Assembly: GCA_951406725.2 (NCBI GenBank) | Contig: OX597833.1 | Span: forward strand, 59,458,001-59,522,000 | Reading direction: 5' to 3' | DNA length: 64,000 nt | Origin: Octopus vulgaris | Lineage: Eukaryota | Made by a program: the position numbers and the translations under genes | The notes under the pieces: generated by a model | The model's database searches: none | Told to the model about the DNA's origin: nothing | The model's input: the letters and a program-made list of their open reading frames with translations, nothing else | In this document: positions 17,929-32,500 of the stretch, piece after piece | Numbering within the stretch: position 1 is the stretch's first letter | Layout of the letters: the number at the start of each line of letters is the position of its first letter

Positions 17929-19996
17929 GTAGTTTGCAATGCATGAATTTCATGGATTGGTGAAGTATATATATTCCTGTTTGATGTATATAAAAAAAAA
18001 AAAAAAAAAGAAAGACAGAAACAGGATGATTGCAAAAATATGTTTTAATTCTGCTGCTGCTACTGCTACTACTACTGCTACTGCTATTGCGCTTGCATGA
18101 ATTTTGTCTTCAGCTTTGGCTTCAAACACTCTGCATGATCTGTTTTTTGAAAATAAAACAATGTTCAAATTGCATGTATGCATCATTATTTTTTATATTA
18201 TTATTTTTTTTTTTATTATTACAACACATCAAAATAGTATTTTTCTTGAAAGTAAACTACAAAATGTCTTTCTGCTCTAGGTAGATATTTTCCAAGTGAC
18301 TTTAGGTTATAATTCTCTGATGTTCTATGTTTGGAAAGTCTTCATAAAGATAAAACTGATCTTTCTTAATTACCCATTTTCTTCACAGAACACAAAACTG
18401 AACAATTATTGATTCCTCCACCTGCTAAATGTCCACAACTGTTCAGTATTTTGGGGGTTTTTGGGGTTATTGTATTTTTTTTCCTTTTAATCTTTTTCCT
18501 TTCATAATTCCACTGTTTTCATTGGTTTAGAAATTGTGTTCAGCCAATAAAAATTCTCTTTTTCTTTTATTAATGTGTTAAATTAATATTTCTCTATTCC
18601 ACAAGCACATACATATATAAACAAACATATACACATTAATATTTCTCAGTTCTGCAAACACAACACACACACACACACACACACCAATTAATATTTCTCT
18701 GTCCCACAAACTCACACACACACACACACACACAAATCTCTTGTTATTGTAACTTCATATACAGTTGAGAATTACCGTGAGACAGTTGCTGTGTAGAGTC
18801 ATCAAAGAACTCTTTTCGCATTTAATGTTTGAACAGAGCTAAAAAACAAAGTTAATGATATTCTTAATATGAATATTGATCCTTAATTATTGGTTTCTGG
18901 AGTATTCATGATGATAAATAATCATTTAAAAATCAATCAGTCATTTCTCATTGATACCACCACCATCCTCCTTTCCCTGTGACTGTTCTGTTGTTGCAAA
19001 CATGAAATGGCTCATACTTTGTCTCAGATATTACAATTTGATGAAATTGTAATTCATATTCAGATTATTGGAATATTTCACCAAAAATTATAGATTTAAT
19101 GAAAAATAAAACCAAAACTATGTTAAATTTGCCATTTCTTAATGCTATTCTGTGCTTAGATGTTTTTGGAAGAGCTGCCATGTTCAGAACTATACATTCT
19201 GTCCAATTACAGTCTTCCCCAGGTCTTTTGTTTTGATAATGAGGTATATTGCTTTATATTACCTATATCTATTGGTTACTTAATGAAACATACTATTCCT
19301 TTCTTTGAGACACCTCTCTTTATGAAGCTAATACTGTGTGAACAGTTAAAATCATTCATGTTACTCTTTGTAGCAATATTAGATTGTTTCACCAAGTGAA
19401 TAATTTGTATAATATGGTAAAAACAACCAAGAAATCTGTTCAGATAATTTTCCTGAAACTCGGTATTTTCTAGATTAGATTTACAAAACTTACAGAATAA
19501 CTCGACACCAAATATATTTGTCCCCATAGTAATTATGCATTACCTCTACTCTTACATATTTGTAGCTGTCTACATCTCCACACAGGTTGATAGAGATTGC
19601 AACAAGAGAGCAGTCTGTTATAATCAGACATGCAGCCTTTGTATACCATTATTTGTTTCTCAGCATTTTGCATACACACACTTCTTGAAACATATAAATT
19701 TCTATTTCATTTTATATGCAGTACACACCTTTAAGATTTTCTTTATTTAATTATTTACTTTGAATTACGCAAGAACCAAACGCTGGTTTTTCTCAATTTG
19801 TTTGATACAAAAACATTATAACATTGAGTTTCCAAGATAATTAAGAAACAGTATTATAATGAATTTTGAAGTCATTTGTATGTAGTAGAGCTAAAAAAGA
19901 GTACTCTCTGAAATAGCTTGTTTGTGCGTTTACTTTAACGTTACTTGCCAACTGACTGTCAATTATCTTTCTTATATTTCCATTTTTGATCCACAG

Positions 19997-20058
19997 TTCA
20001 GCAGAACTCAGAAGAAACCAAGATAGACTTGCGGAATAATTTAAAAAAGTCTAAACTG
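19997..20058 (+). CDS. Nav2: Probable DII-DIII linker exon ([21 protein letters not shown])
   Basis: Acceptor ...ttttgatccacag and donor CTG|gtaagt. The open frame ends in phase 0, matching the next exon. No homology-recognisable motif. Confidence 0.65.
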
Positions 20059-23000
20059 GTAAGTAAACCAAACAGTGACATCGGTGAAGCCTCTTAACTA
20101 CATTAACAGGAAAAAAATCTTTCCAATAAACTCTACAACACTGCTACAGCCAATATTGCGATTATCATTTTTTTTTCATTTTTGTGATGTAAATTAATGT
20201 GTGTGTTTTTTTCCACCATTGCTACTTTAAAAACTAATCTTCCATTATTTATTTTGATTAAGATTTTTTTGTTAGTTTCTTTTTTTATATCTGTTATTAG
20301 AGGATTGATAGAAGAGTTTACTGGAAACACATCACAAAGGGAGGGGGTGCAAATATAATCAATGAATGACTACAATAATAACAGAGATCTATTAGTCAGT
20401 AGGTGTCTTTTAAGATGTTCTCCATTGTTCTGCTTATAATGGAGTTAAAGGTATAGATTGGCATTGTTTTATATGTGTCAGAGAGAGAGGATGAGAGAGA
20501 AAGAGGCAGAGGTTACCAGTAGCTTCAAGTGTAGGGGTTAAAGAAGGTAAGGTGAATAAATCAATTAATGTGAGATCCTCAGACATAGAAGTGGGTTGAA
20601 GTGACACTAGTCGTTTACGAGGTGCTGGCTGATTTAGCAGCAGCAGCCGTATTAATTGCTGTTGAGGTAATTAGAGAGAAACTGCACTAAGGTCTGAAGA
20701 TAATATAGTACAGTGTATTGAATAAGACAGGATTTAAAACAATGAATGGTGCATTTCTGACAAGCGGTACTTTACAAATAACAATCATCTTTCTTTAGTT
20801 GATCTTGAGAAAGGTATTGACATCCTGTCATGTTATATAATGTAATATATAGTAAATGGTTCCAGGACAGGGTTCTCGTAACACCTGCATTCAACAGATA
20901 ACCTCAGCCACTAGATATTAAATGAAAAAACAATTGTTTCAGAGACAAAATATGTATAAATGAAATATCAAAATAAAAAAAAAATTTTTAATTACCATAA
21001 ATTTGTGAAAAAAAATCTTAAAAGCAGATAATAGTAAGAATATGTTGTTTATTGGACTCCAGTAACCTTTGAAAAGATTTGGCTTAATATTGGATAATTG
21101 AAATGTTGTGCAGTATCTAGTTTTCTGTAATATTTAGTTTTTATTCTTAGAAAAGCCCAATTCACACAAATATGTTGTTGCAAACAGTAATAGATCTCAA
21201 ACAGCCAGTTTTGATAAATATGGATATTTGTCAAATATACTACACCATACCAGAATTCTTTCAAACTTAGCCTTCAACTGACTCTCTGAATAATTTTAAA
21301 TTTTTGTAATCCATTTACAGAAACTCTCTTGGCTTTTCTTTAACTTTGAACAGAATTTGTATGTAACAATTATCAGTGTTCTTCAAATATGGGAAATACT
21401 CAGAGGATTTAATAAGCCACAGAGATGACTGTTAATTGTGGATATCAACTATAAAATCACTAAGAATTGGAAACTAAATTTACTTTTTTCCGCAGTTGAA
21501 ATCCAGTATTGCAATTTGTAATATCATCCACCTTCAGCTTGGAAAGCACTCATTTCTTTCTCTTGCAGAGATAAACAAGATTTATACAGTTTTGTAAATA
21601 TATCAGCTAAATATGCAATTTTTGATAGCTGTATCATATTTGTTAATCTGCTGGATAATCAAAATTTATTAATTGATAAAAATATGCCATGCAAATTCAA
21701 ACAAAATATTATTTGAATTCTTTCCACAATTCAATCTTGCAATAATATTACCTCGTAGCCATCGAATTTTTATATGTCAAATTGAAATGATTATGAAGAC
21801 AAGCCATATCTTCACATAAGCCTTTAGAAAAAAAAAAGCAGTTGCAAGAGCTGAGATTCAATAAAACTGATAATTAGCACTGTTGTATCCAAAAGTCACT
21901 TTAATCTGATATCTTTTCTGTTAGTAATCCACCTGTGTGAAGGAAGTAGAGTATGATTAGAATTGTTGGCAACTTGGCTGCCAATCACTTTCCCTAAAAT
22001 ATTTCCTTTGCCCCTCTACTGCATACTGCAGTATATTTATCCAAGCATATATCATGGGTTTTCATTAAATTATTGATGCAATTAAACCTGTTATTTCCCA
22101 TGATATGTATTTTCAAATTTCACATAAAAGTAAATCTTCGATAATTTTTAATGAAATCATAGCAAGCAAAACCAAATTACCAGTCTAGTAATGTTTATGG
22201 ACTGTTCTAGTTGTATGTCACACACATGTAATTGTTGCCATCTAGTGATCTATTCTAACTGTATACCACATTCATGCAATTGTGAAATAATTTTTGTCCC
22301 CAATCATGCGGTCTTAAGTTCAGCCCCAGTGCACAGCACTTTGAGCAAATGCCTTCTACTATAGCCCTGGCCTGGCCAAAGCCTTGCGGATTTAGTAGAC
22401 AGAAACTGAAAAAAGCCTGTCGTGTGTGTGTGTGTGAACCCTTGAGTAGACATCACATAATGGTTGTAAATGAGAATCATCATTAAACAAACAAGGTTGT
22501 TTGCTTCCAGTCTTCCATGAAAATATATATCTAGCTATGGAAAAACATTATATTTCTTGGAAACGGGTGAGGCTTTTTATCCCCCTTCTGCTAGTCAAAG
22601 GCACAAAGCTCAATAGACTTTGTAAATTTCAAAGTATCCTACCTGAAGTTTTGGATATAAACATTTATAGAAATATTATTTATTAATAAGATTACGTTTT
22701 TAAAGTGTATTAAGATAAGAACTATAATGCTGATAATAGTTCAAGCACCTTTTCTGGATCTGTCCTCATTTATCATCAAAAACATTTAGGAATTAAGAAC
22801 AAGTGTATATGATTTATAAATATACAGATAATATGATTGAAAACACATGGCATCTTATACAGACAGGCTTTTTCTACTAATCTAAGAGGATAACTTATCC
22901 AGATTTGATTAATTCCCACATGTGTCAACTGAGGTTTTTGTCATCTCTAGATCAATAAGTACTGCTACACTGAGGTCAATTACTCCTCTCCTTCAAATTT

Positions 23001-26000
23001 ATATGTCTGCTTTTCTAATAAACTATTTTATTTTATTTCTTTATATATTGTTCATTCATCTTTGTCTGTAGGATGGAATCGCAAAAAGTTTGTGGTTTTA
23101 CTTTATCAATCTTGATTTATTTTTATTGACAATAATCTCCAGTTATATAGGCACCAATAATCAGAATTTTGATCCATAGAATTCATGCTTTTGTGTGTGT
23201 GTGTATGTGTGTGTGCGCACGCGTGCGTGTGTGTGTGATGAAACCAAAGTGCAAGAAATTTAGCACCTCCTCTTTACATTTACCATAATAATGGTGGTTA
23301 TTCAATTTTGTGAAGTATGTGGAACAAACGGTTATATTGTACACGTGGAGGCGCAATGGCCCAGTGGTTAGGGCAGCGGACTCGCGGTCGTAGGATCGCG
23401 GTTTCGATTCCCAGACCGGGCATTGTGAGTGTTTATTGAGCAAAAACACCTAAAGCTTCACAAGGCTCCGGCAGGGGGGGGGGGGGTGAACCCTGCTGTA
23501 CTCTTTCACCACAACTTTCTCTCACTCTTTCTTCCTGTTTCTGTTGTACCTGTATTTCAAAGGGCCAGCCTTGTCACACTCTGTGTCACGCTGAATCTCC
23601 CCGAGAACTACGTTAAGGGTGCACGTGTCTGTGGAGTGCTCAGCCATTTGCACGTTAATTCCATGAGCAAGCTGTTCCGTTGATCGTATCAGCTGGGACC
23701 CTCATCGTCGTAACCGACGGAGTGCTCCTATATTATATTGTACACACCTGTCACAGTAAGATTCACTCAACTATGACTCTGCTGAGAAGCTAAAGTTGCA
23801 CCATCACACTATATGGCCACTGTATTACAACTTTTATTTTTAGAAGATTTTCTTTCAATAAATCAACTCTTAATATTGAATATTTAATTAAAATGAACAT
23901 TCTAATTTTATCTTAGCTATTTGAGGAAAGTAAACAGTAAAGCATCTTGCTATCCTATGATGATTTATATCAGATATTTCACTCCAGTAATGAGAGGGAC
24001 AAAAATATTACTAATTTCCGTTATTATTTTTGCTCCTCCAAAGGATGATGTTATAATGGAGAACAACTGTAACAATGAAAGTCTTGGTAGCTTAGGTTCC
24101 CTGGGTAGCATCCCTGACATTATGGACAACTCAAGTGTAGAAGAAGACGTATCATCATGTCAACAGAAAGATATAACACCTTGCTTACCACTTTTTATCT
24201 CATCCAGGTGAGTATTGCTAGCATTTCAACAAAACCCTGTTACCGTCTTTTGAATTACTGTTTTAATTTAATGCTGACCTTGAGTTGAATAGCTTTACTG
24301 TAAATTGAACTAATAATCGTTTTCAAAAACTTTCATGTCAGTGTTGCTAAGTTGCTATCATGACTGTAGACAAATCAGTATTCTCAAACTGTTTATTCTA
24401 ATAAGTTTTGAGACCAAATTACTTGCTTCTTCAATCAAGAAAACAGAAATAACCAGCCAACCTATAATATCAATAATGAATACAAAATCATTTTTTTTTT
24501 CAAATCCCAGACAATGCATATTCTACATTATAGTTTATCTTCCTACTTCTCACCACATACCCCTAAAAGTCTTGCCATAATCAGTCTTCTTTGTCTTCCC
24601 TTTTCAGTAATTAATTAAGTTTCTGTTCATTTCTTACAACTAATCATACCAGTAGGACACTAATCTCCAGGAGTATCCATGAAGTAAAATGCTCTATTCT
24701 CCTCACCTAATAAATATATATGCAAACAAAATACAGTATATTGAAATATTATATCTCCCAATGACTTCCAATGATGATATTATGGTTTTAGTCTAAATAA
24801 AACTCATTACTGCATTTCTATTTTAAAGCAATTAATCATTTTATTGTTGTCAACATTTCAGGTTCAAGTGTCTTCGAGAATTCGATGACACGTCCCATGG
24901 AAAAAAGTGGAATAATTTTCGCCGTCGTTTAATGATGGTTTGTGAAAACAAATATTTCGAAACTGGTGTGCTAATAATGATTTTTGCAAGTAGTATTTTA
25001 TTGGTAAGTAATGAAACAGCCAAGTTTCTATGTTGATATTGAAAGATGTGAGAACAAAGTAAAACGTAAGAAAAATCAAGCCAAAAGACACCTCTCTGAA
25101 AAATGACACACACACATTCAGTTAGAATGTGTATGTCCTTTCCTTTTATTGAAGGAACAGGCCATCCAATAAAACTGATCTCAGCTACAATGATGGCACC
25201 AATGTGAGCATTGATGTAACTGCATATCAAAATCAAGTCACACTCAGCTATGCCACTCATGATGACAACCCTCAGTAAGTCCTTGGCTCCACAGGGCTGC
25301 CAGCCAGTTCCTTCCACCCACACCAATGATGTCTTAGACACAGCAATCCAGAAAGTTCAAATCATGCAAGTTAGGAGATCACATGATCACACAATTCTCC
25401 TAGATCTTGTTGGATATTAACTGCTCTTTCTTCATCATGTAGATTTTGTTTCTGATAGTGGACTCCATCTCCTTGAATTACTTGGCAATGGTTCTCGTTG
25501 ACCGGCTAGGGTTGTCATTAATAATGTTCTGGACCAGCTTAACAAACTGAATATGTCTGACCGTTGAGAATGTTTCTTTCCCTTGGCTACAGATGATCTG
25601 TCTCAGCCAAAAGCTTTCGACTATTTCTCACAAAGGCCCAATCACATTCAAGAAGCTGGCAAATTCAGAGTTGCTATTGTTGGTAATTTGAGTCACAAGT
25701 ACAATGTGTCTTTTTATTTCCTATGTCAGATAGGAATCTATCATGCTGATACATCTGAAAGAGGAATTAGAGAGTTAAAATTTGGCACATCCCACATAAC
25801 ACTATATTAGCTTTTGTTCACTTAGCTTATCAAAGTATGTTCACAAATATCCAATGCATGCTGTACATGTTATATCAATGTGACTGGAATAATATTCATC
25901 TATAGCAGACACATTTGAAATAGACTCTTAATATAAAGAAATGGTTGCGTGTGTACAATAGACACATTTCAATAAAGAAACAACTTTGAAATATTGATTC

Positions 26001-28968
26001 AACATATTTACATTTTAAAAATAACATATTTTCTTTCTTAGAATTACTTGAAATAGATTTTTATCTCATTTCAAAATTAGTACAATATGTGGTTATCAGT
26101 TTTGCTGTTAACATTGTTGGCTGCATGTTTCGAACACTCTCCACAATATGTGGTCCTGAATGTTTTAAAATTTTTATTTTGTGGTTAATTTAATGCCTTA
26201 AAACTCCATTACTTGATTTCATAGATTTTGTCTCATTATAAGAATTTGACACATTTCAATGACATTGGATGATGTCACACTAAAAGAGAGTATGTAAGAT
26301 ACTTCTGGATATAAAATTGTGGTATGGATTCTTCAATTCTTTGTCTTCCAGACAATCTCTGTGATTCATGGATTTCACTGAACAAATAATCCTTTTACAC
26401 TTCCTTCTTATTACCACATTGTGTTCCAGCCACATAAATGAATGCCAAATATCTATAGACAACACAATAAATAGTAAACATATTGTTTACTATTGTACAT
26501 TTACAATATGCAATTGTATATTTGTGTATTGGCAAATATTGATGGCTTTAGGATGCCTTTAGATTGGAATCTGTATCAAAACATTGAACAGTAAATATAC
26601 CTGTTGGCAGTTACTTCTGAAATTGTCAACAGCATTCATGGAATTTAATCATCAATCTAAACTAGCTATTGAAACAGTAAATAAATTAGATTAATGTTCT
26701 TCACAGATTCCTGTACTAGACCTTTAAAAGTCTGTAATTCAAATGATGTTCCACTTTTTACTACAGTCTTATTCACAAGATGAGATAGTCATTCAGAAAC
26801 CAACCTTTCAAAATTTTTATTTAAGGCACTCATGTTTACAGTGTAAATTGCTTGTGAATATGTAAGTGAAGCTTCCATAACAGCATTATCTCAATTGACT
26901 CTGCTTCAGTAGTCATAGTGGGTGTATATAGTTTGTGCATATGTAAAAATTAACATGGCCATAACAAAGAATGCTTTCATGCAAAATCTGTCAAAGCAAA
27001 CAGCCAAATTATAACAAGACTAATTATATTCCTAAGCATCTCATTCTCTGTGGGTATTTTTACGCAAATCCAGTTTTCAAGGAAATTGTGGGATCTCAAG
27101 TGTATAATAGAATTATTAACCTATTTTATGCATTGTTTAAAAACATTTGTTTTTGGCATCATTATTATTGAAAGTATCATTAGGAGCGAAATAAAACTGT
27201 TTTGTCTATTAGTACTTTTAATCTTATATTTTGTTCCTTCACTGGTAGTCAATTTCTCAATGTATTGCTTCCTTAAGTATCTTAGCCTAATACCTAATTA
27301 TATTTTATCTCTCATAATTGATCAATTTGTTAGTGTATCTCTTCTTGAGTTAACCTATTTTATAAGTCTATTTAACCCTTTAGTGTTCACATTATTATAC
27401 CAAAATTAATCCTTTTTTATCCACATTGCCTTGAACTAATCATGCATTATCTTGTAGCTGAGAGATTTTGATGAGGTAGCTGTTAATTTTTAAAACGATA
27501 TTGAAGGGTTGGTGTGAGAGACCAGATCTGGCCATTTTGAACATAAAACAGGCTGAATATTTTTGGCCGGATTTGGCCGGTTTAAATGCTAAAGGGTTAA
27601 ATCATATCTCATAATAAATCCTGACATATTCTAAAACTACTTTCTATTGGTATTCTTTAAACCTTAATAACACTATTTCTAATTATTTCTTGCAAATACT
27701 CTGACAAAACTGTTAGAGGTGTATTTCATAAGTTTCAAACACAATTTCTAATATCAAGTCATATTTTGCTCTTTCATTTTTGCAGGCATTTGAAGATATT
27801 TATTTACATGAAAAGCCTTACTTAAAACTTGCACTTTTTTACTTGGATATTACATTTTGTTTGCTGTTCTTCCTTGAAATGGTTCTAAAGCTTTTAGCGC
27901 TTGGGTTCGTCCATTACTATACGCACTTCTGGACCATACTTGATTTTACCATTGTTTGCGTAAGTAAAATATTTACATTATTCTATTTCAACTGTTAATT
28001 TCATTTTTTATTTATTCACTAATGTTTGTCATCCTGTCAATTCTTGTCATGTTTAAACAAAAGCATTTAACTTTAATGTATCATTAACAACATTATGGTT
28101 ATTATCTACAATATCAAATCATACTATATTAAACATTTAATCTGTAATAGAGACATCAGACAGCAACATTATTTTCTCACTCAGCCTTTCCAGAAATTAG
28201 GTAACATTCCCATTTAACAAAAAACTGATTCTTGGATATTTCAACTAATTGTTTGCAGGTTTATCCATTTAATGTTAACAGGAAACAGACAAATGAGAAA
28301 ATACTAAAAACTAATAAGGCAAAACCACATAAACATTTTTTTTTTTTTTGTTCCTCATGTTTTTCATATTTTGTAACTTGAACTATGAATTAAAATCATT
28401 TTGAAATAATTCTTTCTCGGATAGTGGATACAACTCTACTTAAAAGTGAACAGTAGCATTAAATATTGTAAAAGATTTGGTGAAAACATAAACGATCTAT
28501 ACTACAAATTAATTTCTTTAGCATTTCCGCTGAAATAACTTATATATATACACACTCACACATGCATATATACACATACACACACACATATATATACATA
28601 CACACACACATATATATACATACATATATATGTGTGTGTATGTGTGTGTGTATTATATATACATCTACATATATATGTATGCATATATATATATGTATGT
28701 GTCTGTATGTATATATGCATGTATGTATGTATTCATGTATGTATGTATGTACACAAGCATACATATGATTGACCATGCTCAATACATGACAATCAAACCA
28801 CTCAGGTTTTGACTCTAATGTTAATCACATTAAATTCCCACTGTTACTTGTACACACAGGTCATCCATATTCAAGGGCGGGCTATGAAGTATAACATAGA
28901 ACATGGCAATAACAAGAGAAAAGAGCATTGACTTGATACTCTTTTAGATATATATGTATATGCATGTA

Positions 28969-29014
<46 letters not shown>

Positions 29015-29504
29015 CATTTTTCAGAATGTGATAAAAATCCAAGGCTGTGAAAGATTTCAGAACATTTATGAAGAGAAGGTCTTACAGCTGTTTCCGGGCT
29101 GTTTCATATATCCCTTCATCAGAGACGGTGTGAGAAAATGGTTAAGCTATAGTTATTCTAGATAAGATATGAAACAGAGAGTGAAGTGGAGGAATTAAAA
29201 TAGATGTGAGATATGCAGGGATATTGTATCTGCAGTTCCATTATTTAGGCAGAATGGTATACATATAAGATTCTTGTACCTTGTGTGTAAGTTCCAATAG
29301 TATTTAAAATTAGTCGTATATAATTAAAATCACGATAAGGGTGAAAAAAATTGAATATTAATTAATAACATCAATTTAAAACACCAAGTGGCCTAGCGAA
29401 AAAAACTGGGATACAGTAAAAATTATTAATACAAGTAATAAGAGAGAGACCGCATGTGGTCTCTCTCTTATTACTTGTGTATATATATATATATATATAT
29501 ATAA

Positions 29505-29535
<31 letters not shown>

Positions 29536-32500
29536 GTACACACACACATGTATACATACATCATCCTTTAACGTCCATGTTACATGCTGGCATGGGTTAG
29601 ATGTGTGTGTGAGTGTATATATATATATATATATATATCATCACTTAACATACATATATATATAAATATATAATATATAAACTTTGGTTTAAAATTAACC
29701 AAATTCCTCTTACATTAGTGTCTGTTATTTGCATGAGCTTTGCTTATTTAAATGTTACTTAGAAAAATGTCAATTTTTATTAATGGAAGATGCCATGTAT
29801 GCCAAAAACAATTTTGTGAACATCTTCTAAGGCAGCTGTCAATTTATTCTGGCAAACCATTAATAGTGATCTATAGATGCCTATCACATGTTTGTATGAT
29901 AATAATAATCAATGACACAGAAAAGGATTCTTAGCAGAGAAATTTATTGGTAAAATTCACAGACACTTTCATTATTTCTACTTGGTTCTTTTTTCATTTT
30001 TATTTTTCTCTTTCTCTCATTTCATAAGATATTTCAAAGTTGATACTCATTTTGAATTATATCAATTTCTAGGAAATACTTATCAATAATTTAGAGTTCA
30101 TTGGAATTCTCTTTGAAATAATAATATTCCACAAAGATTGAATTACTTTTGATTGAAATAATCCTGTTTTCTTTAATAGCTTGTCTTTTAAAAGCCCACC
30201 CACTCATTTTTTTTTTATTGGTTCTTTTAAAGATTTATCACAAGTACATGAACCATATTAATTGCAATAGTTTTAGATACTGACTAAAAACAAACACAGT
30301 TTACATATTGTGCTTTCTTTAAACAATCAATGCATTTCAAAAGGTGATGCTACTTTTTAAAACAGATGCACTAGATCCAGTTTGAAATCATTCATTGTGC
30401 ATTATTACTTCCATAGATTTAGTAATGTGATTCTCAACATATTACATTATCACAAACATACTTTTGTTATGTTCAGAAATTTTATTGATGAGCATTATAG
30501 AAATTATTCAGTATCTTTGCATAGTTACATTCATTTATCACTATCACCATTATTCCCTTCTTTTCCACACTCCAATTCTCTTTGCAATACCATTCTGTTC
30601 AACAAATATTCATCAGAACAAAATGTTTAACCTCTCGCTATTTCACCAAAATAAATATGAAATGGTTTAATGTTTGCTTTCCTTTCATAATTTAATGTCA
30701 ACCCTCCATAACATAAAATTATCAAAATCTGCAAATTCCTTCACTTATGTTCTTTCACACGTCAACTATGTACAGTTCACTATATCATCATAAAGTGAAG
30801 CTATTTACTAGTTAAGTAATCCATGACTTGACAAACTAATAGCACTACAATTCAACCTGTACTTTCGCCAAACAACCTTCTCTTTGGTTTCTTTCTATTT
30901 GGATAATTCACTAATTTGTCTTTATTTCATTTTCTCTAGATAACAATTATAAGTCTCGCAGCATCAGGTTTAGGTATGGAACAAATCACTGCTTTTCGAT
31001 CCCTCCGAACACTTCGTGCACTGAGGCCTCTTCGTGCGGTCTCTCGGTGGCAAGGAATGAAGGTATGATTATATTATTTCTAGACTTTACCAGTAAATTC
31101 TTCACTGGGTATATTCCCAGCAATAACTTTCTGTTGTTATCCTGCTTGTAAACTTTTTCAGAGAACTTAGCTTTACGTTAGTAATAGGAGTATCTCTGAA
31201 GACAATTGTCTACATGTCACCCAACTTGACATTTCATGTTAATGACAGTTAAAATAGTTAAATCACCATTCCCATTTCAGGTACATTTTCCCATCCTCCG
31301 CTATATTCTTCTGATGTTACTTTTAGATCATTGTCTGTTTCATTTAATGAATAGCGGACTGTATGAAACTGACTTATTTTAAACCTCAACAGAGGAATTA
31401 TTTAATTCAGTGGCTGTTTTATGGTATTCTTTTGTATTTTTTCTCAAGAAAGTTTGCATTGATGTAATGAAAACCCAACATAAACGATCTGGCTGTTGTA
31501 GAGGGCTGCCATGAAGGTGGTGGTGGTGGTGATAGTGGTGGGGCAGCAATAAAATTCTAAGCGTTTTTTTTTACTTTCCCTTTTGTGTAAAATGGTCTTC
31601 GTGCTATAAATTACTAGCTATCATCACCATCACCAACATCATTACCATTACTAATGTGAGTCGGACAGCTATTGATATCAGAGCTTACAATCAAAATAGA
31701 AAGAAAACTGTCATATGCTGCTACTAAATATAACCTGACTTAATAGCAAAAATTAAAAGCAGTCTGTTTTTTTGAAAACAGTCTATCATTTTAATGCAGC
31801 AATGCTAATGGCTTGGCTTGAAAATATATTCTCAAAAGGTCACTGCTGACTGATTTTAAAACTCTTGATATGGACTGAATTTATTTCATTTCTTCAATCA
31901 ATTTTTAATCTGTTAGACTCTTCTCTTTAAGATACAGCTCCTCTGCACTCCTCTGGGACACTAAACTTTTCTTGCTTTCTAATCTTTCTTGGTAGTAATG
32001 GTTTGTAGAAATATTGAGATGTATGTTAATAATATTCTCAAATAAATGTGTTTACTTTCAGCTGAGTGCAGCCAAGTAGGTCCTTGAATTACACAAATCC
32101 TATAGATCAATTGTTCTATTATGCATTTCTTAAGGATATCAAGCACTACTTTGATCAAATATTTATAGATATTCAATGTATCTCATTTGAAAAGGATAGC
32201 ATTTGTCTCAAGGCAATTCTAGACAATCTAGGATATATACTGTCTTCTGCATTAGCAGTTCTTCAAGTCCTTTTCTAGAAATAACCAGTGGGCAGACAAG
32301 CAACTACATCTAATACTAACAGAAAATGAAGGCCAATCCACAGTTGCACCTAAGATTCATATACATTCTGGTTCTCTTTACTCTTTTACTCTTTTACTTG
32401 TTTCAGTCATTTGACTGCAGCCATGCTGGAGCACCGCCTTTAGTCGAGCAACTCGACCCCGGGACTTATTCTTTGTAAGCCCAGTACTTATTCTATCGGT

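Noticed and set aside
19000-19750. Possible pogo/Tigger transposase remnant (minus strand ...RPGED)
   Set aside because: Only one short motif, too weak to call without a search.
23346-23420. tRNA gene
   Set aside because: The A/B boxes belong to a multi-copy SINE head with TSDs. No complete cloverleaf or acceptor stem was evident.
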